Below, one piece after another: positions 1 to 8,796 of a stretch of DNA of 64,000 nucleotides. A program made the translations under genes and the position numbers. The notes under the pieces were generated by a model. It ran no database searches. It worked only from the letters and a program-made list of their open reading frames with translations, and was not told where the DNA came from. Position 1 is the stretch's first letter; each line of letters starts with the position of its first letter. This stretch comes from a virus. Location: IMG/VR virus record IMGVR_UViG_3300030516_000004. One strand, 5' to 3'.

Positions 1-128
1 CCATTTTCATCTGCTTTAGCCAAAGTTGTTGTGGCTAAGTTGGCTCCACGCTTTTCGGCAAGCTCGATAAGTTTCTCAATTACCAGCTTTGCTATAACTG
101 CTATATCTAAAGTTGAATTTTCCATCAC
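1..128 (-). CDS. 5' part of hypothetical early protein (full copy at 43034-43453)
   Basis: Matches the N-terminus of the 139-aa ORF 43034..43453. Confidence 0.75.
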   Translation of the reverse strand, partial: MMENSTLDIAVIAKLVIEKLIELAEKRGANLATTTLAKADEN

Positions 129-511
129 CCACCTCTCAACTCTGTAATTTTTTCTTCTCTCGCCAGTTCTTCTAAATACTCATTCAACTTTTGAATTTGA
201 GTAGAAGTAAGGGCAAAGGGCATACCTTCAATCGCATCGACATAATCAAAGTCATCGACATGTGGGCGGCTATTTGAATCAACTGTCATCATTGTGTAGG
301 GAACATCTTTCCAGTCTTGATAATCCAAGCCTTCGCCATATTCGAAAGTGTCATTTTTCTCAATCCCTTTGACACTTGCCGCGATGTAGATGTGTTCAGC
401 GTTTGAGATAGATAAAGAGAACTGAACAACGCCATCCTCAACACCTACATTCATCACTTCAAGGCTTGTGAAGACTGCTGCATCTAGTACAGGGGTAACG
501 AACATATTCAT
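125..511 (-). CDS. Hypothetical early-left protein
   Basis: 128-aa ORF overlapping its neighbours by 4 nt in the leftward operon. Confidence 0.8.
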   Translation of the reverse strand: MNMFVTPVLDAAVFTSLEVMNVGVEDGVVQFSLSISNAEHIYIAASVKGIEKNDTFEYGEGLDYQDWKDVPYTMMTVDSNSRPHVDDFDYVDAIEGMPFALTSTQIQKLNEYLEELAREEKITELRGG

Positions 512-1071
512 GAGTTGTTACCTCTCAGCTTGTCAGCGAATGCATTGCGTTCTTCGCGAGATTTGAACTCGTATGTGACTGCAAACACCAAAGCATTGTG
601 TTGAGTTTCTTTGTGTGGTTTAGGCAGCTCTGAATTAACCTTAATGGTGCGTGGAGCTACTCTGAATTTGAAGTTAGGGAACTTCTCTTGATTCAGAAAT
701 ACGCCAATATTGCAATTAAGAGCTGTATCCCAATGTTCTTCGCCACCATCACCTGAATACTGAACATTCTCACCAGCTAAAAGAGCTTTATGTGCCTCAG
801 CCCCGCTAATCAAGCCTTGGTCTTTTTTGATCTTGGGTGTTGCAAGTACACGAAGTTCAGCCAAAGTCAGTTCTTCACCTTCACACTTATAAAACTCTGT
901 TAAAGAAACCCCATAATAGATATCCTTTTCTTGAGTAAATAAATATGGAATAGACTCTCTTAAAAACTCACGTTTATTTGACCATTTCCAATGAAACCCA
1001 AGCTCAAAAAACAACTCCTGAGCCTCTTTGCTCTCAGCTTCATCTTTAACTTTGATTTTGTAGTTATCCAT
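508..1071 (-). CDS. Hypothetical early-left protein
   Basis: 187-aa ORF, upstream aaggag RBS. Confidence 0.8.
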   Translation of the reverse strand: MDNYKIKVKDEAESKEAQELFFELGFHWKWSNKREFLRESIPYLFTQEKDIYYGVSLTEFYKCEGEELTLAELRVLATPKIKKDQGLISGAEAHKALLAGENVQYSGDGGEEHWDTALNCNIGVFLNQEKFPNFKFRVAPRTIKVNSELPKPHKETQHNALVFAVTYEFKSREERNAFADKLRGNNS

Positions 1072-1082
1072 GAGAGGGCTCC

Positions 1083-1613
1083 TTAATGAAAATCTACTGC
1101 GCCATCGTCTGAAGCAAATTCAAATGCTGTCATCCAATCGCAATATGATTCATAAAAGTGGTAATCAAGTTCTTTAGCTTTCTCATCAAACTGTTTGAAA
1201 TCAGCCAAGAGTTTCTTGCTGTAAGTTGTGCCTATAACACCTTCACAATCACTAAAATTAATTAGTTCCCAGAAAGGCCCAGACTCTGCTTTCCAAGCGC
1301 CATTTGAGTGGTTATGTCTATTACCTTCACCTTCAAGTGCAGGGTATCCAGCAAGTTTTGCTAGTTGTTCTCTAAAGTTGTTGTATCCAGAGTAAGAGCC
1401 GGCTCTAAACCAATAAGAGTCCTCAAAGGTGTAGTAACCAGTGTCATTAATATCTTTTGCATGTTTTGGGAAGTGGCCATTCAAGTACGGTTGGAAGTAG
1501 TCATCCTCATGCACAACACGACCTGTTTCATCATTCGTTACAACATCATTAGTTTCGTTATAAGTGCCATCAAATTGGCTAAGCTTCTTATAAGCTGTGC
1601 AACTTAAGCCCAT
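1083..1613 (-). CDS. Phage hypothetical protein (FRAGSYSGYN / ELINFSDCEG motifs)
   Basis: 176-aa ORF, coupled to the upstream ORF. Confidence 0.8.
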   Translation of the reverse strand: MGLSCTAYKKLSQFDGTYNETNDVVTNDETGRVVHEDDYFQPYLNGHFPKHAKDINDTGYYTFEDSYWFRAGSYSGYNNFREQLAKLAGYPALEGEGNRHNHSNGAWKAESGPFWELINFSDCEGVIGTTYSKKLLADFKQFDEKAKELDYHFYESYCDWMTAFEFASDDGAVDFH

Positions 1614-1882
1614 TAGTTAGCCCCCTCAACCTGAACGCGGACATATTCGTCATGCTTCTGCACATCATCTGAAAGGTATTTGAAGTAACCAAATGCGCTG
1701 AATGCTAAAAGAACAAAAACACTCGCCATTACTAAGCCAGAATTAGAATGTCTAATCGCCTGCTTACGGTTCTGATTCTTGATCAGCTTTGCTATTAATT
1801 GCTTTTCTGTCATAATCTTCTCACTCATTGAGTAATCCCCGTCGCCTGCAAGTGTTGGGGATTTTTTTATTGGGTAAAACAA
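1613..1882 (-). CDS. Single-TM membrane protein, first gene of the leftward operon (true start probably 1828 or 1813)
   Basis: Hydrophobic segment GLVMASVFVLLAFSAFGYF. Confidence 0.7.
   Translation of the reverse strand: MFYPIKKSPTLAGDGDYSMSEKIMTEKQLIAKLIKNQNRKQAIRHSNSGLVMASVFVLLAFSAFGYFKYLSDDVQKHDEYVRVQVEGAN
1836..1868 (+). terminator. Intrinsic terminator antisense to the leftward operon
   Basis: aatcccc...ggggatt stem followed by a T run. Confidence 0.55.
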
Positions 1883-1949
1883 ACTGTGTTATCACAATAT
1901 AAAACAAAACGTTTTACAACGTCAAGAAAAATATAAAACAAAATGTGTT
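1876..1949 (-). promoter_or_regulatory. PL promoter (TTGACG-18-TATATT) with three 15-bp OL operators
   Basis: AAAACA-N3-TGTTTT-like palindromes at 1876-1890, 1901-1915 and 1935-1949; -35 at 1920-1925 and -10 at 1896-1901 on the minus strand. Confidence 0.75.
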
Positions 1950-1963
1950 ATTTTTTTGAGGCA

Positions 1964-1988
1964 CAAAAAAACCGCCTGAAGGCGGCAT
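1964..1988 (-). terminator. cI terminator
   Basis: gccgcc-ttca-ggcggt followed by T7 on the minus strand, just after the cI stop. Confidence 0.8.
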
Positions 1989-2002
1989 TTGCTTCTAGTT
2001 AA

Positions 2003-2698
2003 TTAGTCGTAGTGGATATCTTGCATAGGCAGAGTAGGGTAATCATTTACATGGCGACTAGGCGGAACTATATCAGTTACGGCCACAATAGCCTCAACAT
2101 CGTCCATTTCAAAAGTAGTTCTTTTCTCACCATTAACAGCTAACAAGTGAAGAACATCGTTTACAATGCCGATGAATTCCTTAACTGTACGACGCCCATC
2201 TTTAAGTTGAACTTCTACAAATTCTGTTGGGGTTGGGTCTGCATCTGGGTCGCATACAATGTACCAGCCATTGCGTATCGCAGGATACATTGAATCACCC
2301 GTACCTCTGACTGCATAAGCATTCACACCTGCTGTAAGTGATGGTACATAACCATCTCCGCCATTTCCACCATACCCCATTTCTGTATAGTAGCCATCAT
2401 ACCCCATCTTGCTATAAGACTTCACTGGCACCCATCCTCCGACTCTTCCTGAGAGGGAAATTTTATTTTCATTAAAGACCTTTTCTATTTTTGGACTACC
2501 AGTTCCAGAAAGTATCCAACCATAATCCAACCCTAATTTTTGTGAAACTTGTAATCCACCTTTTTTAGATATGCCTCGTTTATCCCAGTTGTACACAAGT
2601 TGGGAATCAACATTCAGTAGAGAGGCTAGCGAGTTGGCATTCAAACCTGTCTCATCATAAATGCGCTCCATGGTTGGGTGTAGCTCTTTATCACTCAT
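2003..2698 (-). CDS. cI: CI-like repressor, HTH plus S24 (LexA-type) autopeptidase
   Basis: N-terminal HTH; GDSMYP catalytic Ser and TVKEF Lys; divergent from cro. Confidence 0.92.
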   Translation of the reverse strand: MSDKELHPTMERIYDETGLNANSLASLLNVDSQLVYNWDKRGISKKGGLQVSQKLGLDYGWILSGTGSPKIEKVFNENKISLSGRVGGWVPVKSYSKMGYDGYYTEMGYGGNGGDGYVPSLTAGVNAYAVRGTGDSMYPAIRNGWYIVCDPDADPTPTEFVEVQLKDGRRTVKEFIGIVNDVLHLLAVNGEKRTTFEMDDVEAIVAVTDIVPPSRHVNDYPTLPMQDIHYD

Positions 2699-2740
2699 AA
2701 CAAAACAACCTAAAACAATTAATTAAATTTTCTCAAAAAA

Positions 2741-2813
2741 AACACAATCTGTGTCAAACAAAATGATTGACCGTTCAAACAAAACGTTTTATATTTATAA
2801 AACAAATTGTTTT
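2741..2813 (+). promoter_or_regulatory. PR promoter (TTGACC-17-TATATT) with four OR operators
   Basis: -35 at 2767-2772, -10 at 2790-2795; 15-bp palindromes at 2741, 2755, 2776 and 2799 (perfect AAAACAAATTGTTTT). Confidence 0.8.
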
Positions 2814-2827
2814 ATGCGGATTTACTT

Positions 2828-3019
2828 ATGGATTCAATCGATGCAGACCGCGCCCTGATTGAAGCAAATGGCGGAGCTTCAGCACTGGCGCGAAAACTCA
2901 AATATAGGACTCAACGCGTCCAAAACTGGACCGTTCGAGGCATACCGCCAAAAGAAAAACTTTTACATCCAGAGATTTTTATGAAAAAGAAATCTCGATC
3001 TAAAGCACTAGCTGCTTAG
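2828..3019 (+). CDS. cro: Cro-like HTH protein
   Basis: GGASALARKL..QRVQNWTVRGIP HTH; position; ATG 2828 preferred to the track's TTG at 2807. Confidence 0.85.
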   Translation: MDSIDADRALIEANGGASALARKLKYRTQRVQNWTVRGIPPKEKLLHPEIFMKKKSRSKALAA

Positions 3020-3029
3020 GAACTAAACC

Positions 3030-3392
3030 ATGAGCAAAGTATCAACCGAATTGAGTGCAAGTGCGAGAAATAGCATTACAAGGGTTTTACGCATACTTGC
3101 AAACAGCAATAACTCCCAAATTGCTGAAAAGTTGGGATTAGATCCAACTACATTTTCTAGATTTAAAAATGACAAGAAAAACAATGGCTTGTCAGATATT
3201 GAGAATGTTTGCGCAATGTTGGATTTGCTTGAATTAAAAATCGTACCGAAGAAATACAAGTTAATTCACAAGGAAAAGTTGGCAGCGCTTTTGAATCTTT
3301 CAAAGGCTTATATGGGACGCCTAGGTTCAGTCGATGATCTTTTTCAAGATGACATCGAAGACTTTGGGATTAATGAAGAACTCGGATATTAA
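3030..3392 (+). CDS. CII-like HTH regulator
   Basis: IAEKLGLDPTTFSRFK HTH directly after cro. Confidence 0.75.
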   Translation: MSKVSTELSASARNSITRVLRILANSNNSQIAEKLGLDPTTFSRFKNDKKNNGLSDIENVCAMLDLLELKIVPKKYKLIHKEKLAALLNLSKAYMGRLGSVDDLFQDDIEDFGINEELGY

Positions 3393-3426
3393 AAAACCGC
3401 TTCCTGCGCGAACAGGTTAGCGGTCG
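3391..3426 (-). terminator. Intrinsic terminator antisense to the rightward early operon
   Basis: accgct/cctg interrupted stem with T6 on the minus strand. Confidence 0.5.
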
Positions 3427-3450
3427 TATTCATCAATTAGGAACCAATGA

Positions 3451-3924
3451 ATGAAGACAAATTTAGCACAAGTAGCACATAAACAGCAAATAGAACCTAA
3501 GCACTCTATTTTTCACTGTGATTTATGCAAAAACGAAGTCAGCTTTGCCCCGAATGGGTTCAGCATTGACGATATTACGTTTTGCCTTGATTGCGCTAGA
3601 AGAATTGCTTTTGGATATCTTGAGCATATTGATTGTAGATATCAGGCTGATTATCAGCAATCACGTTTCAAAGCTGAAATGGAATATCAGGCAGCCATAA
3701 ATCCAAATCAGTACAAGAAGAAAAAGATTGGTCAATCTTTGCGTATGCAGGTTTATGAGCGGGATGGTTTTAAGTGCATTACTTGTGGAACTCAAAAGAA
3801 CTTGACGCTTGATCATATCAAGCCAGAGGTTCTAGGTGGAGAATCTACAATTGAAAACCTCCAAACGATGTGCAAGCCGTGCAACTCAAGAAAAGGAGCT
3901 AGATATGTCGAAGCTTCTAATTAA
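3451..3924 (+). CDS. HNH endonuclease
   Basis: CITC...DHIKP...GG...NLQTMCKPCN motif. Confidence 0.9.
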   Translation: MKTNLAQVAHKQQIEPKHSIFHCDLCKNEVSFAPNGFSIDDITFCLDCARRIAFGYLEHIDCRYQADYQQSRFKAEMEYQAAINPNQYKKKKIGQSLRMQVYERDGFKCITCGTQKNLTLDHIKPEVLGGESTIENLQTMCKPCNSRKGARYVEASN

Positions 3925-4783
3925 TGAGTCACCCTTGCAGGTACAGCCTTCTCTAGCAATGGCTATAGGCTTGAATGAAGCAATTTTCTTGCAACAGTTG
4001 CATTATTGGGTTGGCGCTTCGCGTTTTGTACGTGACGGCAAAAAGTGGGTTTATAACACCTATTCTGACTGGTTACTTCAACTTAAGTACATGTCACTGC
4101 CAACCTTAAAGCGCACTATTAAATCACTTAAAGACCAAAAATTGGTACAAGTTGAGCGCTTTGAAAAGCTTCGTTCAAACCAAGTTAATTTTTATGCAAT
4201 TGATTATGAAACTTTGGCAATTATTAGCGAAAACATTGCTCAAGCTATTGATTCTATTGATCAGCTCAAAATGAGCCAATCGATTAGCTCAAATTGCACC
4301 AATGCAGTAGCTCAAAATGAGCCAATCCATCAGCTCAAAATGAGCCAATCTCCATTAGCTCAAAATGAGCCAATGTATACAAGAGAATACCAAGAGACTA
4401 CTCAAGAGATTAACAATAAAAAGGGTAAACCAAAATTCACATTGGAAGACGCATGTTCAGTTGAATTGCCAGAAGGTGTTAATCGTGATCTTTGGGTTGG
4501 TTATATCGAAATGCGTTTTAGCATGAATAAAAAACCTACCCAAAAGGCAGTTGAGTTATCTCTTAAAAATCTTCAGAAATGGGGATCAGAGAAAGCAAAC
4601 CAATCTCTTGAAAACTCAATTACAAGCAACTGGACTGGATTATTTGAACCTAAGCAAGCGGTTCACACATACGTTAAAACCAAGACAGCTTTGGACAACA
4701 AAAACGTAAACCAAGCTTGGGAACAAACCCAAACTCATTACGAGCCTGTTGAACAAGTAGAGCTAGAGGAGTGGATGGTATGA
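3905..4783 (+). CDS. Replication initiator (O-like)
   Basis: N-terminal winged-helix-like region, internal iterons, precedes a DnaC-like ATPase; start ATG 3905. Confidence 0.85.
   Translation: MSKLLINESPLQVQPSLAMAIGLNEAIFLQQLHYWVGASRFVRDGKKWVYNTYSDWLLQLKYMSLPTLKRTIKSLKDQKLVQVERFEKLRSNQVNFYAIDYETLAIISENIAQAIDSIDQLKMSQSISSNCTNAVAQNEPIHQLKMSQSPLAQNEPMYTREYQETTQEINNKKGKPKFTLEDACSVELPEGVNRDLWVGYIEMRFSMNKKPTQKAVELSLKNLQKWGSEKANQSLENSITSNWTGLFEPKQAVHTYVKTKTALDNKNVNQAWEQTQTHYEPVEQVELEEWMV
4263..4374 (+). repeat. Replication origin iterons, 5 x 18 bp AGCTCAAAATGAGCCAAT
   Basis: Copies at 4263, 4286 (degenerate), 4309, 4332 and 4357; spacing 23, 23, 23, 25 bp. Confidence 0.9.
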
Positions 4784-5523
4784 ATGCAATGTTCAATACA
4801 GAAATTCTTCAAAGCAAAACTGTTTGCCCTGAACACAAGACTCAAATGATTGTGATGTTTGGTCGCGAGACTTGTCCAGCATGTGCAGTTGAGTATGTGA
4901 AATCTTCAAACAAAGAGCATGCAAAACAGGTAAACCAAGCTGTACGTGAAAAACACTTTGCAGGGGCAATGCTTCCAAAGCGTCATGAGAATTCAGGATT
5001 TAGAAATTACACCACTGAATTGCCAGGACAAAAGAACGCATTACTTCAAACAGCTAGTTATGCAAAGAAAATCGTAAATGGCGATGTAGTCAATCTTGTG
5101 ATGGTTGGAAGTACTGGAACAGGCAAAACACATTTGTCATGTGCTACGGCTCGCACGCTACTCGCAAAAGGCAAGTATGCACGCTACATCACGTCTGAAG
5201 ACATGGCTCAAAAGATTATGAAGGCTTGGGATAAGGATACCAAGGATCAATCTGAAGCATCAGTAATCTACGAGTTCACTCAATATGATTTGCTCATCTT
5301 GGACGAGTACGGATTGCATGACCGTGAGAAGCGCTTAGAGCTTGTTCATAAGGTTCTTTACTCACGTTATGACGATGCAAAGCCAACAATGCTTATTTCA
5401 AACATGACACTAGATCAACTCAAAGCAGATCTAGGGGATCGTCTATGGTCTCGTTTCCAACATGGCGGCTTAACTGTTGTTGAGTGCAATTGGAATGATG
5501 GGCGAGTAGGAGGTGCGGCATGA
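4780..5523 (+). CDS. DnaC/IstB-like helicase loader ATPase
   Basis: CPEH...CPAC Zn motif, Walker A GSTGTGKT, Walker B LLILDEYG. Confidence 0.92.
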   Translation: MNAMFNTEILQSKTVCPEHKTQMIVMFGRETCPACAVEYVKSSNKEHAKQVNQAVREKHFAGAMLPKRHENSGFRNYTTELPGQKNALLQTASYAKKIVNGDVVNLVMVGSTGTGKTHLSCATARTLLAKGKYARYITSEDMAQKIMKAWDKDTKDQSEASVIYEFTQYDLLILDEYGLHDREKRLELVHKVLYSRYDDAKPTMLISNMTLDQLKADLGDRLWSRFQHGGLTVVECNWNDGRVGGAA

Positions 5524-5930
5524 CTCTATCAGAAATCAGAGACCAATTAGCTGTAGTAGCTGAGCGTAATGGTCGTCCACCGTATGACGTATGTGTGCTT
5601 AAAGCAGTCCGCTTTGCTGTGGAGAGCGGTACAGAACATCCGCTTAAAGAGCATCTGAATATTAAGCAGCCTGTAGTGATTGCGAAAGTTGAAAAGAAAT
5701 CACCAGTGCCGAAAGCAGGGCCAAAAGTTCCACAGGCTTCAAAAGAAGAAATTAAAGAGCTTTGTGACTGGGTATCAGCGAAAGTTGGCAGACAAAATCA
5801 GCTTGCTGTTATGGCTGGTACTTCACATTCAATTATCTGGCGTGTGCGTAAGTCTAGAGCATGTACAAAGCGCTTATACGAGCAATTATTAAGAGCTAAA
5901 AATGAAATTATTGCAGGAGCTAGTGCATGA
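5520..5930 (+). CDS. Hypothetical protein with C-terminal HTH-like region
   Basis: 136 aa, ATGA coupling. Confidence 0.75.
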   Translation: MTLSEIRDQLAVVAERNGRPPYDVCVLKAVRFAVESGTEHPLKEHLNIKQPVVIAKVEKKSPVPKAGPKVPQASKEEIKELCDWVSAKVGRQNQLAVMAGTSHSIIWRVRKSRACTKRLYEQLLRAKNEIIAGASA

Positions 5931-6400
5931 GAAAACAACGCAAACCAAATAAAGCTCAGCACTACCAACTCTCTTGGAATGTATTCAATGCAGTTGAAAT
6001 CGTAGAGCAATACGAGAAGCAATCAGGTGATACGAGCGGTCAGTTGCCTTTACCGGTGCTTATGAAGATTTACCAAGGTTCATTACTCACAGCACTACAG
6101 TTTGGAACTATTCCGAATCATCAAACCTATGGCGTGACTTTCTTCGCAAAGATCAAGAAGGATTCAGGAGAGGAAGGGATTGTAGAACGTGGCTTTCGTA
6201 TCGATACGCCAATGAAGCTTTCAGAGTTCATCAACGGTTATTCAGATTGTTATGTGAACAAAGGGCAAGGACTTAAAACCAAAGGCTGGAAAGGCGCTAA
6301 GGAAGAATGGCTGTCAATGATGGATGAAGAGTTCAAAGGCGATACATGTCTTGACGCTTGGGCAGTGGCTAATTGTTTGTATAAGGGGAAAGCGGCATGA
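5927..6400 (+). CDS. Hypothetical phage protein
   Basis: 157 aa, ATGA coupling. Confidence 0.8.
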   Translation: MRKQRKPNKAQHYQLSWNVFNAVEIVEQYEKQSGDTSGQLPLPVLMKIYQGSLLTALQFGTIPNHQTYGVTFFAKIKKDSGEEGIVERGFRIDTPMKLSEFINGYSDCYVNKGQGLKTKGWKGAKEEWLSMMDEEFKGDTCLDAWAVANCLYKGKAA

Positions 6401-6681
6401 GCAGATTACAGGTAGGCGGTTTGGCTCTGAACTTGAATGATGGCGGTATAGTCACATTAGTTCAATTTATTGGTGAATGGCATGATCAAAAATATGGGCT
6501 TATCAAAGACTTATGGAAAGTAAAGTCTGATCAGTTCTGTGTGATGTCTAACAATGCATTAAGGATGGAGTTTGGTGTTCCAGCTAGTGAGTTGATTCCT
6601 CTAGGCGATGACAAAGGGATTGAACTCTACGGCTTTCGAGAAGAGATCATGACTAGACATGACAAGGAGTGCAGCCAATGA
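6397..6681 (+). CDS. Hypothetical phage protein
   Basis: 94 aa, ATGA coupling. Confidence 0.75.
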   Translation: MSRLQVGGLALNLNDGGIVTLVQFIGEWHDQKYGLIKDLWKVKSDQFCVMSNNALRMEFGVPASELIPLGDDKGIELYGFREEIMTRHDKECSQ

Positions 6682-7127
6682 AACCAGAACAGTTTATTCG
6701 TGAGTTTGGGGTGGAGAAGGCGAGAGAGGTGGTTGAGGGTGCGCCAGGATTCCCAGTTTTCGGCTATTGCACTTTGACGGGCAACTACATTTTTAAAAGA
6801 TCAAATGCTACTGCTTACTACCACAATGAAACTAATTCGTGGTCAGAAGATTACGCGATTGAGTTGATCTTATTGGAAGACCTCAAGCGCCTGGTGGAAT
6901 CTCTTGACATCATCAAAGATTTAGGTGGGATGGAAAAGCTTACCCCCTATTTCATCACAACAGATAAGCATCTTGGTTACACGCATGTTCGCATGGTTGG
7001 GAATGGGAGATTGAGTTTTCTTGATGATTTCTGCGACTTCATTCCAGATGTTTCCATTTCAATTAAGCGTGTGATGACTGCCATCCTTGACCACGAATCA
7101 ATATACGGAGGCGGTGAAAATGCATAA
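6678..7127 (+). CDS. Hypothetical phage protein (MKPEQFIREFG...)
   Basis: ATGA-coupled start 6678 with aaggag RBS. Confidence 0.75.
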   Translation: MKPEQFIREFGVEKAREVVEGAPGFPVFGYCTLTGNYIFKRSNATAYYHNETNSWSEDYAIELILLEDLKRLVESLDIIKDLGGMEKLTPYFITTDKHLGYTHVRMVGNGRLSFLDDFCDFIPDVSISIKRVMTAILDHESIYGGGENA

Positions 7128-7323
7128 ATGTAATCACTGTGAAGCTGAACAATTAGTGAATTCATATGGTGGTCTTGCAGAAGCTAAAGCCTATATGACC
7201 CGTTACTTCAAGTTAAATTGCTGGTTAAGAAAGAAATATCCGAAAGTTGGCAGATTAATAACTAGCAAGATGAATGAACTACAAAGCGCAATTGCAACTG
7301 TGGAAGGAGCCAGCCATGAGTGA
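7120..7323 (+). CDS. Hypothetical protein, N-terminal CxxC
   Basis: ggaggc RBS before ATG 7120. Confidence 0.7.
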   Translation: MHKCNHCEAEQLVNSYGGLAEAKAYMTRYFKLNCWLRKKYPKVGRLITSKMNELQSAIATVEGASHE

Positions 7324-7690
7324 GTTTAAAGAGTTTGAACGTGGTCTTTGGGTTGTTTTTGATACTTCACGGCCGTATTGCCGCTTGTTGCCACCTTGCT
7401 TGATGAAATTTATTGAAGAAGTCGATGGTGATGCAATGGTTGAAACCCAAGGGCAGTGGAGCTTAGTTAGTTTGGCAGCATTAAAAATCGCATCTGAGGA
7501 AGAAATAGCAGCAGGCCACCGCATTGATAAAGTAGTTCCAGTTTATGCAGACGTTAAGTTTCCATACAGCGTTTTAACTGGTGAGCAAGTTGGCGCTGTT
7601 ATGAATGTCACACATTTTGGCTGTGACCTCGGCGACGACTTCCCAATCGAAAACCACATTTCGCCAAACTGCAAAGTGAGAGGTGGGTGA
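7316..7690 (+). CDS. Hypothetical phage protein
   Basis: aaggag RBS before ATG 7316. Confidence 0.7.
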   Translation: MSEFKEFERGLWVVFDTSRPYCRLLPPCLMKFIEEVDGDAMVETQGQWSLVSLAALKIASEEEIAAGHRIDKVVPVYADVKFPYSVLTGEQVGAVMNVTHFGCDLGDDFPIENHISPNCKVRGG

Positions 7691-7692
7691 TT

Positions 7693-7797
7693 ATGTGTCC
7701 ATTTTGCGGTAGATCGAAAGGTGGATTGGTCTGTGGTTATTGCGGCTGGGTTCCAAAAGATAAGAAATTTAGTTTTATGGTGGTGAAGAATGGATAA
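7693..7797 (+). CDS. 34-aa zinc-ribbon microprotein (CPFC...CGYC)
   Basis: Hand-translated; gaggtg RBS; fills the gap and overlaps the next start by 8 nt. Confidence 0.7.
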   Translation: MCPFCGRSKGGLVCGYCGWVPKDKKFSFMVVKNG

Positions 7798-8098
7798 GTG
7801 TAGAGAAGAGTTTGAGAAATACATTCGTGATCAAAGCGGCTTCACAGCAGACTTTCAAATTGGATGTAATGGACAGTACAAATCCGACTTGATGCATTTC
7901 ATGTTTATTACATGGCAGCACCAGCAAGCGAAAGTGGAGGAGCTGCAAAAGCGGGTGGATGCTGCAATTTCAAATATTGAGAAATTTTTTGATGAGCAGA
8001 CACAGCAACCAACTCAGCGTGAATATGCAAACTTTATTGCTGATGTATTGCATGACTTGAAGTTAGAGCAAGCGCTCAAGGGGGAGGCAGATGTCTGA
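7790..8098 (+). CDS. Hypothetical phage protein
   Basis: 102-aa ORF in the operon. Confidence 0.75.
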   Translation: MDKCREEFEKYIRDQSGFTADFQIGCNGQYKSDLMHFMFITWQHQQAKVEELQKRVDAAISNIEKFFDEQTQQPTQREYANFIADVLHDLKLEQALKGEADV

Positions 8099-8315
8099 CT
8101 ACATGCATATGACTCTTGAGCAGCTTCAACAGGAACATGCTGAGCTGCTTGCGTTTAATGAAGAATTGGATCGTCGTTGCAACGCTCATAAAGCAGATGC
8201 GCAAAAATATCAAACAAAGTGCTGGCACATCACAACGCTTCTGATGAATCCAGTTGATCAAGACATGACTTTGAAAGCAATCAGAACAGTGATTGAAAGG
8301 GTTGGTGAAGGATGA
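8091..8315 (+). CDS. Hypothetical coiled-coil protein
   Basis: 74 aa, ggggagg RBS. Confidence 0.75.
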   Translation: MSDYMHMTLEQLQQEHAELLAFNEELDRRCNAHKADAQKYQTKCWHITTLLMNPVDQDMTLKAIRTVIERVGEG

Positions 8316-8398
8316 ATAGAGGAACAGATTGGCCTTTCTTAATGATGGTTTTAGCTGGTGTATGCATATTCATTCTTTTAGTGAGAGGTGACCAATGA
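8312..8398 (+). CDS. 28-aa single-TM microprotein
   Basis: MNRGTDWPFLMMVLAGVCIFILLVRGDQ; ATGA overlaps at both ends. Confidence 0.7.
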   Translation: MNRGTDWPFLMMVLAGVCIFILLVRGDQ

Positions 8399-8796
8399 CC
8401 ACATTCAAAGAGGCTCAAAGAATTAGATCAAAAAATGTGGCGCGTTCTCGCGTGCCACCTAAGTTTAAGAAGGCTGTCAGTAAAGGCGAGCAAATGCTTT
8501 GCAGCCAACTAGACCTCATGGAGATTAAATACGAGCAAGAGTTTCGTTTTAATCCGGATAGACGTTGGAAGGCTGACTTTCGAATTGAAGGTTATCAAAT
8601 CCTAGTCGAAGTAGAGGGTGGAGCATTTTGCAATGGTCGTCACACACGTGGTCAAGGCTACACGGATGATTGCGAGAAATACTCAACAGCAGCTGCAATG
8701 GGCTGGACTGTAATTCGTGGCACTACAAATCAAGTGAAAGAAGGTCTAGTGCTCAAGTGGATTGAACTAGCAATGGAAAGGGCGAAGGTGGCGTGA
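8395..8796 (+). CDS. PD-(D/E)xK endonuclease (DUF559/Vsr-like), probable junction resolvase
   Basis: RRWKADF..LVEVEGG..GRHTRG..DCEKY..AAAMGW motif. Confidence 0.8.
   Translation: MTTFKEAQRIRSKNVARSRVPPKFKKAVSKGEQMLCSQLDLMEIKYEQEFRFNPDRRWKADFRIEGYQILVEVEGGAFCNGRHTRGQGYTDDCEKYSTAAAMGWTVIRGTTNQVKEGLVLKWIELAMERAKVA

Noticed and set aside
4263-4374. CRISPR-like array
   Set aside because: The 18-bp repeats have 5-7-bp spacers, lie inside the initiator gene, and there are no cas genes; they are iterons.
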